A stretch of DNA of 64,000 bases from Vicugna vicugna (GCA_013265495.1 MU058337.1:188001-252000); one strand, 5' to 3'; counted from the stretch's first letter, positions 1-12,870 are shown. Program-made: numbers and translations. Notes: generated by a model not told the origin, from the sequence alone.

Positions 1-678
1 CCATTGAACTCATAAAACAGGTCATTAAATATAATTACCTTTACAAGCAAAACTGCTTCAGATCCCAAATACCAGGCTCTGATGCAGATTCTCAGATATA
101 AAGAGGACAGTTATCAGTTTGAATAGTGCTATTTACCCGGGAAGGGGGGAAAGGAAGGCTGGAAGAGGCAGGATGAGGGACCAGGACAGAGAGGACGCAC
201 GTGACCTGGGAATTACCCATTCATTACACAGAGTGAACTGAGCCCGTATGTCCAAACCCTGACCGATGCCAGTCCTCCACCGCCTGGAAGAGGAGAGTCA
301 GAGCGTCCGCTGCCTGTTGCTGCTGGGAGACAGGATGCTCACACCCGCTGAAGTATCTTTACTCTGAAAAGACACACTCCTATTCTGTTGAAATCGCATT
401 TGTCTCCTATGCTTATGAGTTGAATGCACCCATATCACAGAGTGTTACTAATTTACTGACTTCAATGTATCTGAGACTGAGGAAGGTTTCAATGTATACT
501 ATAATTGAATAGAACTGCAAAAATACACCAGATCGTCCACAGAGTTTTATTAGCTAGTTTTCTCCTTGACAAATACCAATTTTGCTCGGTGTGCTGTATT
601 TTATTAATTCAAGGCATCAAGATCATTAATTCCCCCACATGAGTGCTTACTGGCAAGGTTCTAAAAATATAAGAATCT

Positions 679-742
679 CAGATGCCATATGACATCTCTT
701 ACATGTGGAATCTAAAAAATAGGACACAAATGAACTGCTTAC
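679..742 (+). mobile_element. Short L1 ORF2-end/3'UTR fragment
   Basis: CCATATGACATCTCTTACATGTGGAATCTAAAAAATAGGACACAAATGAACT matches the equivalent segment of the L1 copies at ~8810 and ~24265. Confidence 0.75.
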
Positions 743-928
743 CATTTATAACTTAGATGACTGATTTCTTGAATGTGTAAGCACGTTTGACTGTCCTTTA
801 TGACTGGATTATCGCATTCTGTTGATTCTTATTTTGTGGTTGGCTTTATTCCTTTGATAACTAGGTAAGTTTAAAAAGCTAAAGCTCTAATCTGTTCTTA
901 GAAACAATGATCAATACCTGTATGTTAA
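743..928 (-). other. Candidate 186-nt internal 5'-UTR exon ending in ATG
   Basis: Minus strand acceptor GTG(T)11AG|TTAAC at 929/928 and donor TAAATG|GTAAGC at 743/742; stops in all three frames. Confidence 0.5.
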
Positions 929-1274
929 CTAAAAAAAAAAACACGTGCAGTGTATTGTATATATGTATTTACATGCAATATAATATATACATGCAGTCAA
1001 ACTGTAATAATTCTACCAATAAAACTGAAAAAGAAAAAAAAGAATCTCAAATTCACAATGCAGATATAAGAATAATCTCTAATATTCAAATAATAGTCTA
1101 ATTATACCTTTATTTATAAACTCAAATTATATCTTTTCAAGGAAAATGATCCAGGGTTTCATTGTGATTATAATTGTACATTTTTACTGACAGAGATATG
1201 TAACAGGAATATATAGAGATACATGTGTGCATGAAGTACGTATTATAGTTTTGAAAATGACTTTCATATGCATC

Positions 1275-1402
1275 CATCATCTCGTTTAATTCTCACTAAA
1301 ACTGAAGCAGACCAGACAGACCTTACGATACACACTGTATGAATTAGGGCACCAACACCATCACACGATGCTATTAAATGACTTGCCCCGGGTCACACAG
1401 AG
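1275..1402 (-). mobile_element. MIR fragment
   Basis: ATCTCGTTTAATTCTCAC...AAATGACTTGCCCCGGGTCACACAG resembles the MIR core in reverse. Confidence 0.5.
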
Positions 1403-3009
1403 GTAGGGAGAGAAAGGAAAAAAGAACAGAGCGAAGGAAAGAGCAGTGGAAAACTAGAGAAAAATGAATGTTTCATCCTCACTTCTCTGATTTCCCCAGT
1501 GACAATATACTCAAAATTCTAAGAAGTTGCTACCTTGTAAACCGTTGTCCCAGAGGCACAGTCTCAAGGACAAAAAAGGTCGGCTTCCTTTAGATGTCGT
1601 TTAGTACATCAAATTCTTAATTAAAACAGATTTGCATTAAAATTTACAAGTGCTTAATTTTTCACAACTGTGTTTTCAGTGTATTGATAATGATGCCAAT
1701 AACGGCAGTTCCTTCTTTTGAGGGAAAGAGGAAACCGGAGAACCTCCCCCTCACGTATCTTCACTGACTCTCACAAATGGTCTCCCAGTTCTTATGTTTA
1801 CATAATGTCCATTTAGGGTAAAGCTTTTATAAGTAATGTTCTCTTAAGAAAACATTTGGACTTTGGGTAAAAGTTGGAACTTTTTCCTGAAATGCATGTG
1901 GTTGTAAGAGCGAAAGAAAGGAGAGAGATTTAGCATATTGCTTATTTTGGCCAAGTAAATCTTATTTTACTATTTTGACATGGTTCAAATTTGTATATAA
2001 ATACCTGTTTAGATATACATTTGCTTATATGCAGTATGGTTACCAAAGCAAGGGAAAAAAAAGCCACATACAGTTAGACCCATAGCCTAGAAAGAAGGAA
2101 GAAAGAAAGGAAGATGAGCTTCTACCCCGCAGGAAAAGTCAGAAGCCTGTTTTCTTTGTGTCAGGCAGGCTGCATGCCGGGGGAGAGCTGGCTCCCTCAC
2201 GCCCTTACTGGTGTGTTACAAATTGTTATTGGCCGCTGACCTGGAGCCATCTGCCGTGCAAGATTAAACTCTTCCTGCTCACCTGTGTGAGATCTGGACT
2301 TCTTGCCTCTGGTAAGATGATCTTGATGCAGATTTAAGAAACTTATTATGTTGCTGATATCTTGCGAATATAAAAATATTTAAGCACTAGGATTTCTTTC
2401 TTTCTTTCTATTTTCTTGACAATTTTAAGCAGCATCTAGTCCCAGATGCTTAGGGAGAGTGTTTCTTGGTTTGAGTACATCAGTTTGAGGTCACATCGCT
2501 AAACTCACGTCCATCCTTTGACCTGATGGAAATATTTAATCCTATTCAGTTGTCTTAGAAAAGTAAAATAATCATTGGGTTTCTAAAGCGTCTTGGAGTC
2601 TGACATTCCTTTGTCTCAGTAAGAACCCCCTCCACTGCAGTTCCTACTTCTGTCAGTCAAGATTACTCTGAACCGAGTGAGCGAGAGCTCTGAATGGGCC
2701 CCATAAAGCCTTATTCCCTATGGAATGTGATTTTTCACAACTTCTGTTAATGTGTCTGTCCCTGGGGGTTACTTTTTCCTGTGTTTTGACTTTATACCCT
2801 TTTCAAGCAGTAGTTATTCATACAGAAAACAGGTGTAATTGTCTGAGTCACACTACACGTGGTAAATGGAAGTTATAATTTAGGGCTAAGAAATACCTCT
2901 CTGTTCAAGATGCAGAGAAATGCTTCCAGCAGGATATTTAAGGTTACCCAGGATTTCCCTGGTTGGGGTTGCGAACTTTTCCTGTCTCTCGAGAGAGAAC
3001 CTAGGTCTC

Positions 3010-3280
3010 AAAGGTCAACCTCCAGTTATAAGATGACTAAGTTCCGAGGATCTAATGCACAGCATTGGGACAATATCGTGTATTTGAAAATTACTAAGAG
3101 AGTAGATTTTTTAAGTTCTTACCTCACACAGGCAAAATTGTAACTATGCGAGGTGATGATATGTTAACGAGTGTTAGTGCGGTAATCATTTGGCAATATA
3201 TGCATACATATAAAATCACTATGTCGTCTGTGTTAAACTTACACAACGTTGTCAATTATATCTCAATAAAGCTGGAAAAA
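3010..3280 (+). mobile_element. L1MA-type 3' UTR
   Basis: CCAGTTATAAGATG...AGAGAGTAGAT...GGTAATCATTT...CTCAATAAAGCTGGAAAAA. Confidence 0.8.
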
Positions 3281-3815
3281 GTTAAAAACAGAATTATCAT
3301 ATGATTCAGTAATCCTGTTTCTAGATATATATCAAAAATATTGAAAACAAGATCTCAAAGAGTTATTTGCACACTCACATTCATTGCAATAATATTCACA
3401 ATTTCCCAAAAGGGGAAGGAAACTAAATGTCCACTGCCAGATGAATGGATGAGCAAAATGTGGTCTGTCCATACAACGGAATATTATTTAGCCCTCAGAA
3501 AAAAAGGAAATCCTGTCATTGGCTACAAAAAGGACAAACACTGAGGACATGTTATTATACTGAGTGAACCACGCCAGTCACACACACGGAAGATGAATGT
3601 TGCATGGTTATTTTGATATGCGGTGTCTAAAGTAGTCAAACGCAGAAGTAGACGGTGGTCAGCAGGGGATGAGGAGGGAAATGGAGAGTCGTTCAATGGG
3701 GGTAGAGTTTCAGTTTTGCAAAATGATCTGCTGCACAACAATTAACACCATTGTAGTGCACACCTTAAAATGGTTAAATTTTGTTATGTGCTTTTTTTTT
3801 ACCACAATTAAGAAT
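3281..3815 (+). mobile_element. L1MB-type ORF2 end and 3' UTR
   Basis: ORF 3341-3544 (KCPLPDEWMSKMWSVHTTEYYLAL) is a decayed L1 ORF2 C-terminus, followed by typical 3' UTR and tail. Confidence 0.85.
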
Positions 3816-5197
3816 GACACCAAGAAAAGCCAAAAACAAATGGAACTAAACTCTGTTAAGTTCTTAAAACATTAGGAAACTTGGAAATTAATTCACTTAA
3901 TTTTATAGAGGAACAAAGTATAGCTTAATTTTTAACTGGCTTTATTCAACCAAGTCATCAGGTTGGTTTACAATGACTTACTTTTGGGAACTATTCTGGT
4001 TCCTTGTGTTTTCCTAAAGATTTAAAATTATTTGTGATGTGTGTACATTATATATGTGTGTATTGTATATATACTTTATTATTTTTGATGCAAGTCTATG
4101 TACCAGTTTACAGCTTCTAGGATGCTTTATGAAGCTCGGGACAGCTGACTCAGCCCAGTTCGCTAGCATTTCTGTAATTCTCCACCACATCCCAAGAGTA
4201 CCGACTGCACTCACAGAATCACGCCTGCAGTCCCTTCAGTGCCCTAGCAGGGATTAACCGGAGCCTAATCTGAATTCACTTAAAAGGGCCAAGTGATTTT
4301 TTGTTTAAAATTTTCGTTTTAATTTCCTCACCTTTCGTGGGCTTTAATCCAAGATTCGGATTCATCTGCCTTTTCTAAGCTCATTCTCTTTGACGAAGAG
4401 GATGGGGACCAAAATTACGCTGAGTAGACCCACCTTGTATCATCTGTACTTTTCCATCATCGGCCCCAAGTAGAGGCTGACCAGTGCCTTGCTCTCCTAA
4501 CTTTAAACATGATCAAAATAAGCCTGTTCTTTGTCGTCAGCAGTTTTTCCAAACCTGCACTCATGACGTGACTCAGCTCTGACGTTCCCGTGGGTTCCTG
4601 GCACTCCGTGTTTCTTTGCCTGGACACCTGCCCCACCCTCTACCTGGTACACACGTCCTGGCTAAATGTCATCTCACAGGTGGACCCTGGGGAGTGACAC
4701 GGCATTTCTCTGTGACTTCTTTGGCTTCCTCATAACGGAAATACATAATACAAAGCCATTATTTGGCTTTTTAGAGGCCCCATTCCATCTACACCATATT
4801 TGATTTTACAATTTCTGTCCATTGACTATTTTTCTTCCTAATATTTCAAAACCTTCTCTCTTATGATCTATTATCCACCAGACGATTTCAACGGAGCACA
4901 AACTAAGATGGCAGAATCATTTTTTTCTCATCTTTTCATCATATATAGCTCACCGAGTACTTACTGATTAACTAGAATCAAGAACATCATAGCATTTCCT
5001 CTCATTATTTAGATATTTGCAACAGTAAGCTTGTTGGGAGGCAACTCAAACTTTTTAAATTAACCCCGACTTTCACAGAATGAAACTTTCAGCAGAGGTC
5101 TTAATACACTGCCGTCTTCTCCAGGGCTGGCTGACAGCCCCCGCGGCGTGCGAAGCTCCTGCTCAGTGATAAACCGGAGCTAAGGAGGCACCAAAAC

Positions 5198-5385
5198 CTT
5201 TATCTCACTTAATCCCACACTGAGTCCTACAAGGCAGGTACTTTACTAACCCCATTTCACAGATGAACCCTGAAATTTTGGGGGGTTTTGTGTTTTTTTT
5301 CCTATATTCATGATCCCAAATAAGTAAGAGGCAGACCTGGAATTCCAGCGTATGTTTGCTCATCCCAAGTTCACCCTCTCATTGA
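5198..5385 (-). mobile_element. MIR
   Basis: ATCTCACTTAATCCCAC...CCCCATTTCACAGATGA...AAGTAAGAGGCAGACCTGGAATTC. Confidence 0.65.
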
Positions 5386-6427
5386 CTATTTATACTGCAC
5401 TGCAATTACCTGCCTCAACGCCTCTGTTATCACCTATATTATAAAAACTCTATTTATCATCTTTATTTGAACTATCACGTGTCTATAGCTTCAGCAAACC
5501 CCTTCCTGAGAAATAACATACCTTCAGTCCACCCTGAAACACTGTTATTTCTTTCTATGCACACTGAAAATGAGAAGAGGAGCTAAAACCACATCAAATA
5601 TTTCTGTTCAGCTAAATTTCTTTATTCCTGTGCGAGAGTTCTTCTGTCTCGCTTTTGCATTTAGTTTTAAATCACTGAAATAAATGTAAAGTTAATGACT
5701 CGCCGTTCCAAAATGCAAAGATAAAAGGCATATTAATAGACTTTTTAAAAGATTGGGGAGTTCGTGAAATGATTTCTACCCAGGGACTCCCAACCACATA
5801 TTACTGAGCTGCTTATAAGAAAGAATCTAAATTAGAAAGAAAATGAGTAAGCCTGAATAAGACTTTATCATTCTTAAAGGAATTATTTAATATTTCAAAT
5901 GTGTTCATTAAAGACATTCAGAGCCACATGCTAGAGGTTTTAACCTCCCAAGTTAATTATCAAAACACTAATTCCAGTAATAAAAATAAAAAGAATGCAT
6001 TCAACACTCTATTTATAGAAAGGATATTCAAATGCCTGTTTTTATGTATAATTATATTCCAATTAAAATAATTTGATCAAACTCACCCTCATCCATACCT
6101 GCAATCATATTGTTTAACCGAAAATGCCGACAGCGATGGTTATGAGGGCGTGCCTGATGTAACTTACATCACTTACTAGCAGTGCTGTCTATCATGGCAG
6201 TTACTTATGGGTAAGTGAGAAGCATCAAAAATTTCAGAAATAAATACCAAACCTCAACCATTCAACTGAGGTATGGGTCATGCCTTCTTTTCTTTCTTCT
6301 TAAAATTCAGTTAATCAACAACTTATTTTTATTGTGTGTTTTTTTTCTAGTATTACAATTATTTACTAAAGTCAGTTCCTACATAAATGACACTAAACAT
6401 GACCTTCGGGGCCCCATTGTGCCTCTG

Positions 6428-6650
6428 GGTCAGGCTCTGCAAAGATTTTCTGCCAAGGACAAGATGGCAAATATTTTAGGCTACAAGAGCCCTGGGTTCT
6501 CGGTGGGTCACACATCCTTTGCTTGTTTGTTTATTTTTTACTATTTTTTTTACTACTCTTTAAAATGTAAACAGGGGGGCTAGCTTACAGGCTGCACACA
6601 AGTAGGACCAGGGTGCATTTGGCCACCAGCTGTGGTTTGTTGATCCCCAG
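6428..6650. mobile_element. MER58-like hAT-Charlie MITE
   Basis: TTTTCTGCCAAGGACAAGATGGCAAATATTTTAGGCT start and TGTGGTTTGTTGATCCCC end. Confidence 0.65.
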
Positions 6651-6709
6651 CCATAATGGTTTCCAATAAGGCATTTGTAAAAGAAGCATTTTTTTTTCTC
6701 TTATAAAGA

Positions 6710-6870
6710 AAGAACCTGGATTCTGGCCAAGGGATAAGAGCTCAAGACTCATCATTACATTCCTTTGCAACTTGAGGGCCTTAAGCTAGCAGCACAACTT
6801 TGAATAAATTACTCAGTCTCTCTGGGTTTTCTTTTCTGATTCATCTGTAAAATAGAACAGATGATGCTCA
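6710..6870 (+). mobile_element. MIR fragment
   Basis: AAATTACTCAGTCTCTCTGGG...TCATCTGTAAAATAG MIR core. Confidence 0.55.
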
Positions 6871-7349
6871 TGGGAGGGAGAAGGGGATGGAGAGCCAGGG
6901 AGGTCAGGGGTCCCTCTGGGTGGGATCCAGGTGTGGGGTTAGACAAGAGCTACGGGAAAAAGTGAGATGGAGGCTCCATGTTGCCAGAGCTCGGGAGCCC
7001 TGAGAGCTACAACCTCCAAAGGGTGTTTCTAGGCCGCTTGCCTTCTCAGTTGCAAAGCTTATGCCCATTCATATACCTACGAAATCTAGACACTGACACA
7101 GCGATGAGTAAGGAAGCACTGATCGCAGCACAGCGGGAAGGCAGACGTTCAACAGGGCGGTAAGGCTGAGAGCACAACACGTGCCCGCAGTAAGGAGAGG
7201 TCACGAGAGGGACGTCTCCGGGGTGAGTTTCTGTGGGAAGATGTTCTGGGTTTGACTCCAGCTCAGCGAAGAGAGGTGCAGTGAGTTCCCAGCGGAAGCA
7301 GCACGAACAAAGTGCAGGCAGTGAGAGTGCGAAGTTGCACACTGTGTGG

Positions 7350-7800
7350 TACAGACAGGAGCTGGGGTCAGGCGAGTGGAGAACAGGCTGGAGCTGGGGC
7401 AGGATGGGGTCGGGAAGGGTGGCGAGGGGGTGCAGAGGAGCACGTGCTGGATGCTGTGGGTCAAGGGAAACCAATGAGGTCCTTTCAGCAGGAGATCTCA
7501 GGGCCAAATTCGCATTTACGATAAATCACCCCGCCTTCTGTAAGTCTGGATGAGGGGCCAGGCTAGAGCAGGAAGATGAATTAGAAACTGATCCCTTAGC
7601 CCTGGCAGGGGCTGAGGCAGATCTGACCAAGGGCAGTCATGGAAGGTCAGAACTGAGAAGACTGATCTTGACAATGCTTATAAGTTAAATTGTAAAGACC
7701 TGAGGACCAATGGGACGTGGGGGCAGGAAAGGGAAGCAGAATAAATGAGGAGACATGGCTGGTGCGTCCACCACTGGGGCAGGAAAGAAAACCCAGGACT
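7350..7800 (-). mobile_element. Probable decayed L2 fragment(s)
   Basis: Purine-rich sequence with L2-antisense-like motifs (GGGGCCAGGCTAGAGCAGGAAGATGAATTAG...GATCTGACCAAGGGCAG). Confidence 0.4.
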
Positions 7801-8326
7801 CACAGAGGCAGTCTTGGAGAGAGCAGCCGAGGCTACGCACTGCAGTGTGGCCCTAGGAAGCCAGAAGTGGCATGAAGCATCCAGGTAATGACAGGACACC
7901 CAGGTACAGTATCCGTAGGCAGACAGAGGCTGGAAAGCACAAAAAGAATTCGGGGCCTGGGCTGCAGGTCTGGAGCTCGGCCACGTGCACGCAGAATGGA
8001 GGAGGACCCTCGAGTGATAGGGAGAGCAGGACGAGCAACGGTCTGAAGGCAGAGCGTGGACGAACCCATGAGAGGAGATGGACGAGAGGCCCAGAGCCAG
8101 GGAGGGGACACAGAGGAACCGGGAGCAGCTGAAGGGTGAGTGCTGGTCAGGGAGCAGGACCCAATGGTGGGGGCACTGGTACAGCCGCATGGGCTGAATC
8201 GCAGCTGGATGGCACGGGGCTGAGGGGTGAACTCTGGCAGAGTGCAGTGATGCAGATTCTCTACCCCAGCTCCTCCACACCCCGAGAGATACACACAGTG
8301 CAGAAATGATAATGACCAGGTCATTT

Positions 8327-9065
8327 AAAATGCAAATCAAAGCTACATTGAGGTATCACCTCACACCAGTCAGAATGGCCATCATTCAAAAGTCTACAAA
8401 CGTTAACTGCTAGAGAGGGTGTGGAGAGAAGGGAACCCTCTTACACTGCTGATGGGCATGCAGTTTGGTGCAGCCACTATGGAGAACACTATGGAGATTC
8501 CTTAAAAAACTGGAAATAGACTTAACCGATGATCCAGCAATCCCACTCCTGGGCATACATCTGGAGGGAACTCTAATTCAGAAAGATACATGGACCTCAA
8601 TGTTCATAGCAGCACTATTTACAATAAACATTACATGGAACCAACCTAAATGTCCATTGACAGATGACTAGATAAAGAAGTTGTGGTATTATATACAATG
8701 GAATACTATGCAGCCATAAAAAATAAAACAATGCCACATGCTGTAACATGGATGGACCTAGAGGTTATCATACTAAGTGAAGTAAGCCAGAAAGAGAAAG
8801 AAAAATACCACATGATATCACTTATATATGGAATCTTTAAAAAGGACACAAAGGGATTTATTTACAAAACAAACAGACTCACAAACATAGAAAACAAATT
8901 TATAGTTACCAGGGGGAAAGAGGGGCTATTCTGGAGAGATAAATTGGGAGTTTGGGATTTGCAGATATATACTACTATATATAAATATATAAACAACAAA
9001 GTCCTACTGTATAGGCCAGGGAACTATCTCAATGCCTTGTAATAACCTATAATGAAAAAAAATAC

Positions 9066-9112
<47 letters not shown>

Positions 9113-9160
9113 AAACACTATGCTGTACACCAAAAATTTAAACATTGTAAATCAACTACC
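8327..9160 (+). mobile_element. 5'-truncated lineage-specific L1 (ORF2 C-terminus plus 3' UTR)
   Basis: ORFs 8465-8671 and 8683-9042 give [44 protein letters not shown] / MEYYAAIK..WMDLEVIILSEVSQ, the L1 ORF2p C-terminus, interrupted by a stop and a frameshift. Confidence 0.95.
9063..9109. repeat. (TA)n microsatellite inside L1 3' UTR
   Basis: Direct reading. Confidence 0.95.
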
Positions 9161-9513
9161 ATAAGAAATTTGCTCATTAAAAATTGAGTTCTTTTTAACA
9201 CAGTTGTGCACAAGGTATTGTCATCCTTTGTGAAATATAAAATAAATCAGTGGATAAGATTCTGCCCCTCAAAGTTCATTATCCATTCAAAAATACTAAT
9301 ACATTTCTATGCATACCTTTAGTTGCAGGTAGATACTGGGAAGCTAAACTTCCATAAACTAATAGTTTGATTTATTGTCAAACCTTCCCAGTTACTATAA
9401 TCAAATATAAGAATAACCAAGGAAGAAAATCTTTGCAGATTCCTAAAGAATACGAGAAAGAGACACGACTCTAGTCGTGTGGAAGAGACTAAAGGTGAAA
9501 TTGAATGACCATC

Positions 9514-9660
9514 TCACTGTGGTTCACAACTGCAGTTGTCCTGGAAATCACTCAGGGCTGATGGATGTGTCAGCCCAGACCAGAGTCTGTAGGTCTGAGG
9601 TGGGCTGAGGAAATGCACTCTGACAGGTACCTCCAGGGGAGCTAGAGTTGGCACACTGCC
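9514..9660. mobile_element. MER5-like hAT MITE
   Basis: CACTGTGGTTCACAACT...GAAATCAC...GTAGGTCTGAGGTGGGCTGAGGAAATGCAC. Confidence 0.5.
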
Positions 9661-11399
9661 CTGGTCCTTAGAGGTCCACCATCTTCTTTCCTAAGTCAAG
9701 TTACTGTGTACATGAATGGTTACCCACTCTCAGGAAATATCCCACAAGAAAACTGCCAATAAGTGCTTATCACTTCACATAGTCTAAAATTCATTGGCAC
9801 AGTCCCTTGAAAACAGTTCATGCTTAAAGAAGCCAGCTAAGTATAAATGCTCAGTTTAAATCAACTCATCAGTTCAATATAGTCTTAGAGCATTGACTGA
9901 ATTCTTACTAAAACCACATCCCGGGTAGGCAGTTGGGAAATGAAGGTGAAAACAGACTTGAGCACAGCAGACTCACAATGGCATACTTGCCCACCTGCAT
10001 ACAGGTGAGTTTTGGAAGAGCACCAATGTTTGCCAAGGGGCACCTCCACCAGGGAGAAGGAACCAGATTCAGTGATCTGAAATAGGGAAGGTGGAATGAA
10101 TGACCACATATGCATTATGTGTGCTATGGTTTTACTCAACAAGCTTAATTTTCTGATTTCTTAAAGAGGAAATGTTTCTATTTTTATTTAATCTCCCTCA
10201 AAGACATTCGTGTTCTGCAGTGCGCTCATATTTAGTGGACAATCTCCTTTATCTGCAAGACTGCTCGTTTACCCCCAATCACAGAACAGCCCAACACGGA
10301 AGCTACTGGGGATGGTTTCTTCAAGCATCCACAGACCAGAAGAAACAAATATTTAAAGTATTAATTGCATGTGCAAAATAAAATATTTTTGCTATTTTTG
10401 GGTGTACTAAACAAATCATTCCACTCCCCCAATTTTCGCAGGACACAGATAAGCTCAACTATAGCATTATCCCCTCTAGGTAAAATTATATTGATTAAAG
10501 TTACTTTTCCTTCAGTAATTAAATAATCACACTCCGGGTGACTTTTGTAGCAAGTAATAGTACTGGGCATCCCAGTACTATCTCCAAAGCAATGGTGTAT
10601 ATTCCAGTTTCCAAAACGTCCGTCAGCTAAAATCCGCATACGCTCACACAGGTCGACCAGATGCATAAGGACCATAGCGGTGAGTGATAAGCGTATGTTG
10701 CATACGTTTGTATAATCATAAACCAAACAACTTCACACAGAGAAAGAGACGTGTTTCAAAGGACCCTTAACCCAAGGATGACAAATTACCTTCAAAGCCT
10801 TTCAAAAGATCAAGAGCACAATTTAATGTGTCCTGGAAGCTATTTAGTGATCCCCACAATGAGGAAGCGTGCTGGTCCGGGCGGGTCTGTGGCTGCCTCC
10901 TCCCCAGTCACGTGGCTCTGAGTCCAGAATCTCATGGATGACTCTGGAGTCCCTCCTCCTTCCCCTTGATTCTGAGAAAATCACTAGGAACTGCGTGGAT
11001 AGACTGCAGTGGCTTCATAAGCACTCTCCAAGAGCCCACGGCAAACATGTGCGAGACACTTTAACCTTCATCTGAGCAGATTCCAGACATCTCATGAGAT
11101 CCTCAAAGAAAGCCACCACTCGGAGAGGGTAAGCGCTTCTCCGAGCTCCGGCACTGGGGAGGATAAAGACCAGCTCGTCGTCCGCCCGCCTTCCTGCCCC
11201 TGAACTGCTCCGGCCAAGTCAGAGCGGCTAAGTTTTACTTGGCCCTGCGTTAGCAGAAGACAGTCCCTCCTCCAGGGGCTAAATAATTCTTCCCCGCGGC
11301 AAACGCTTAACACACAATGTGAACGTCTGGCTCACTCCCCTCAAACAGAGGGCTGAGCCAGGAGTGAGTAGCTAACAGCCATTCGACAAATGACAGAAA

Positions 11400-12870
11400 T
11401 GCGAAGAGAACTTGAAAACCACCCCCGTTACCTTTCGGGGGCGTACAAGGTACCAGATAAACCCAGCACTTTCACAGATCTGGTGGGTTCCCCCAGCCGG
11501 GAAAGATGGGGCGGGGGCTCGGTGGGGAGCAGGAGCCATGAACGCAGAGCCCGCGGTGGGTACCATGCCGCCCGCCCACTTCGCCCACCCTGCGGTCGCC
11601 CGGCCTCTAAGACAATGGAGCGGACACTGTCCGGCGGGGGTCGCGGTCAGGGGTCAGTAGATCAGTGGAAGAGACAACAGCCTGGGGGCTCTCCTTCATC
11701 CCCGCATCTTTGTTCTCTGAAGTAGTAGCTCTTTTTCAACCTCAAAGAAAAAGAGACAGAGGACGAACCCCGCAGCCCCCCGGAGTGGTCGTGTAGAGGA
11801 CCGCGCCGCTCCTCGCATCTCCCGTGGCAACGAGAGGACTGTAGTCCGTCTCCGCCGCCAGTTTCCCTTCTCCCGGGCCAGGTCCAGAGTTCAGAGAGGG
11901 TCTGCTCTCAGCTCGCAGCCACACACCTCCCTATGTCCCCTATCCGGAAAGGGACCGCCAGCCTTCTCTCCACGCCCTGCTCTCCACCCTAGGACTCTGG
12001 CTGGGGACCGGCGACGCAGGTGCCAGCAGCACGCACCCTCCCGGAGTCGCCGGCGCCGTGGGGCAGGGGAGCTTTGCGCCCAGCCGACCTCCAGACCTGG
12101 AGGCGAGGCTGCCGGGCCAAGCACTCTGCGCTGAGGACCGCGCTGGGGACCGCGCACGGCGCCCGCCGCCCCCCCTACCTGCTGGAGAAGGGTCCTCGGG
12201 AGCCGTGGGGTGATCGCGTGATCGCCGGGGTCGGCTCCGGGTGCGCCCCGCGAGGGTGCGCGGTGCGCGGGTCTCCTGCGCCCGGGGCCGCAGCGCGCTC
12301 GGGGCGGGCGCGGTGCGCGCAGCCCGGCCGGCGGGGCTGGTGACGGCCGCTCGCCTCCCGGTCGGCGGTGCTGGCTCCGCGGTCGGAACCCGGCGTCCGC
12401 GGCCGCGCTCGCCCCTCCCCGCGCGCCCCGCGGGCCACCGGCTGGTCTCCGGCTCCCGGGGGCGCCGCTCGTCCCGCCGCCTGCCCTCGCTCTGCGTCTC
12501 CCTCCTGCCTGTGCCGGGATGCGGAGCCCGCCTCCCTCCGCTCCCGCCCGGCGGCCCCTCCAGGGCTCCAGCCTCCCTCCTTCTCACGCTCTCGCGCGTT
12601 GTCTGAGACCGCGCCTCTCTCTCCTCTTCCAGCTCCCGACCCTCCCCTGCGAGTCTCCCGCCTCCCGCTTTGCTGCGACTCTAAGAATGGGGCTCACTCT
12701 TCAAACTTTTCCGACCTGACTTTGCAAGAAGCGAGGCAGCAGGAGGGGCAGGGGGTGGCCCGGAGGCGGGTCCTCTGCGCAGCGGCCCGGAGCTGCGACC
12801 TGGAGCGGGCATCCTCTTTGGGCAGTCCGACCAGAACAAAGGCCATCGCGGGGACTGTGGCAGCTGTCAC
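11400..12870. promoter_or_regulatory. CpG island / GC-rich promoter, probably of a minus-strand gene
   Basis: Very high GC and dense CpG compared with CpG-depleted flanks; GC boxes (e.g. GGGGCGGGG ~11508); minus-strand splice donors at 12178 and 11431. Confidence 0.9.
12179..12420 (-). other. Candidate non-coding first exon (5' boundary approximate)
   Basis: Minus strand reads CTTCTCCAGCAG|GTAGGGGGGCGG (GT at 12178-12177) in the CpG island core; no credible ATG-initiated frame. Confidence 0.5.

Noticed and set aside
2130..2330. Possible LTR fragment
   Set aside because: LTR-like feel (ATTAAA followed by a pyrimidine-rich tract) but no termini or family could be recognised.
7046..8340. Long ORFs of 153-220 aa
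   Set aside because: Compositionally biased sequence, partly L2-like; no splice or domain support.
10361..10726. 121-aa ORF as a possible endogenous viral element or retrocopy
   Set aside because: No recognisable motif, no poly(A) or TSD, non-ATG start.
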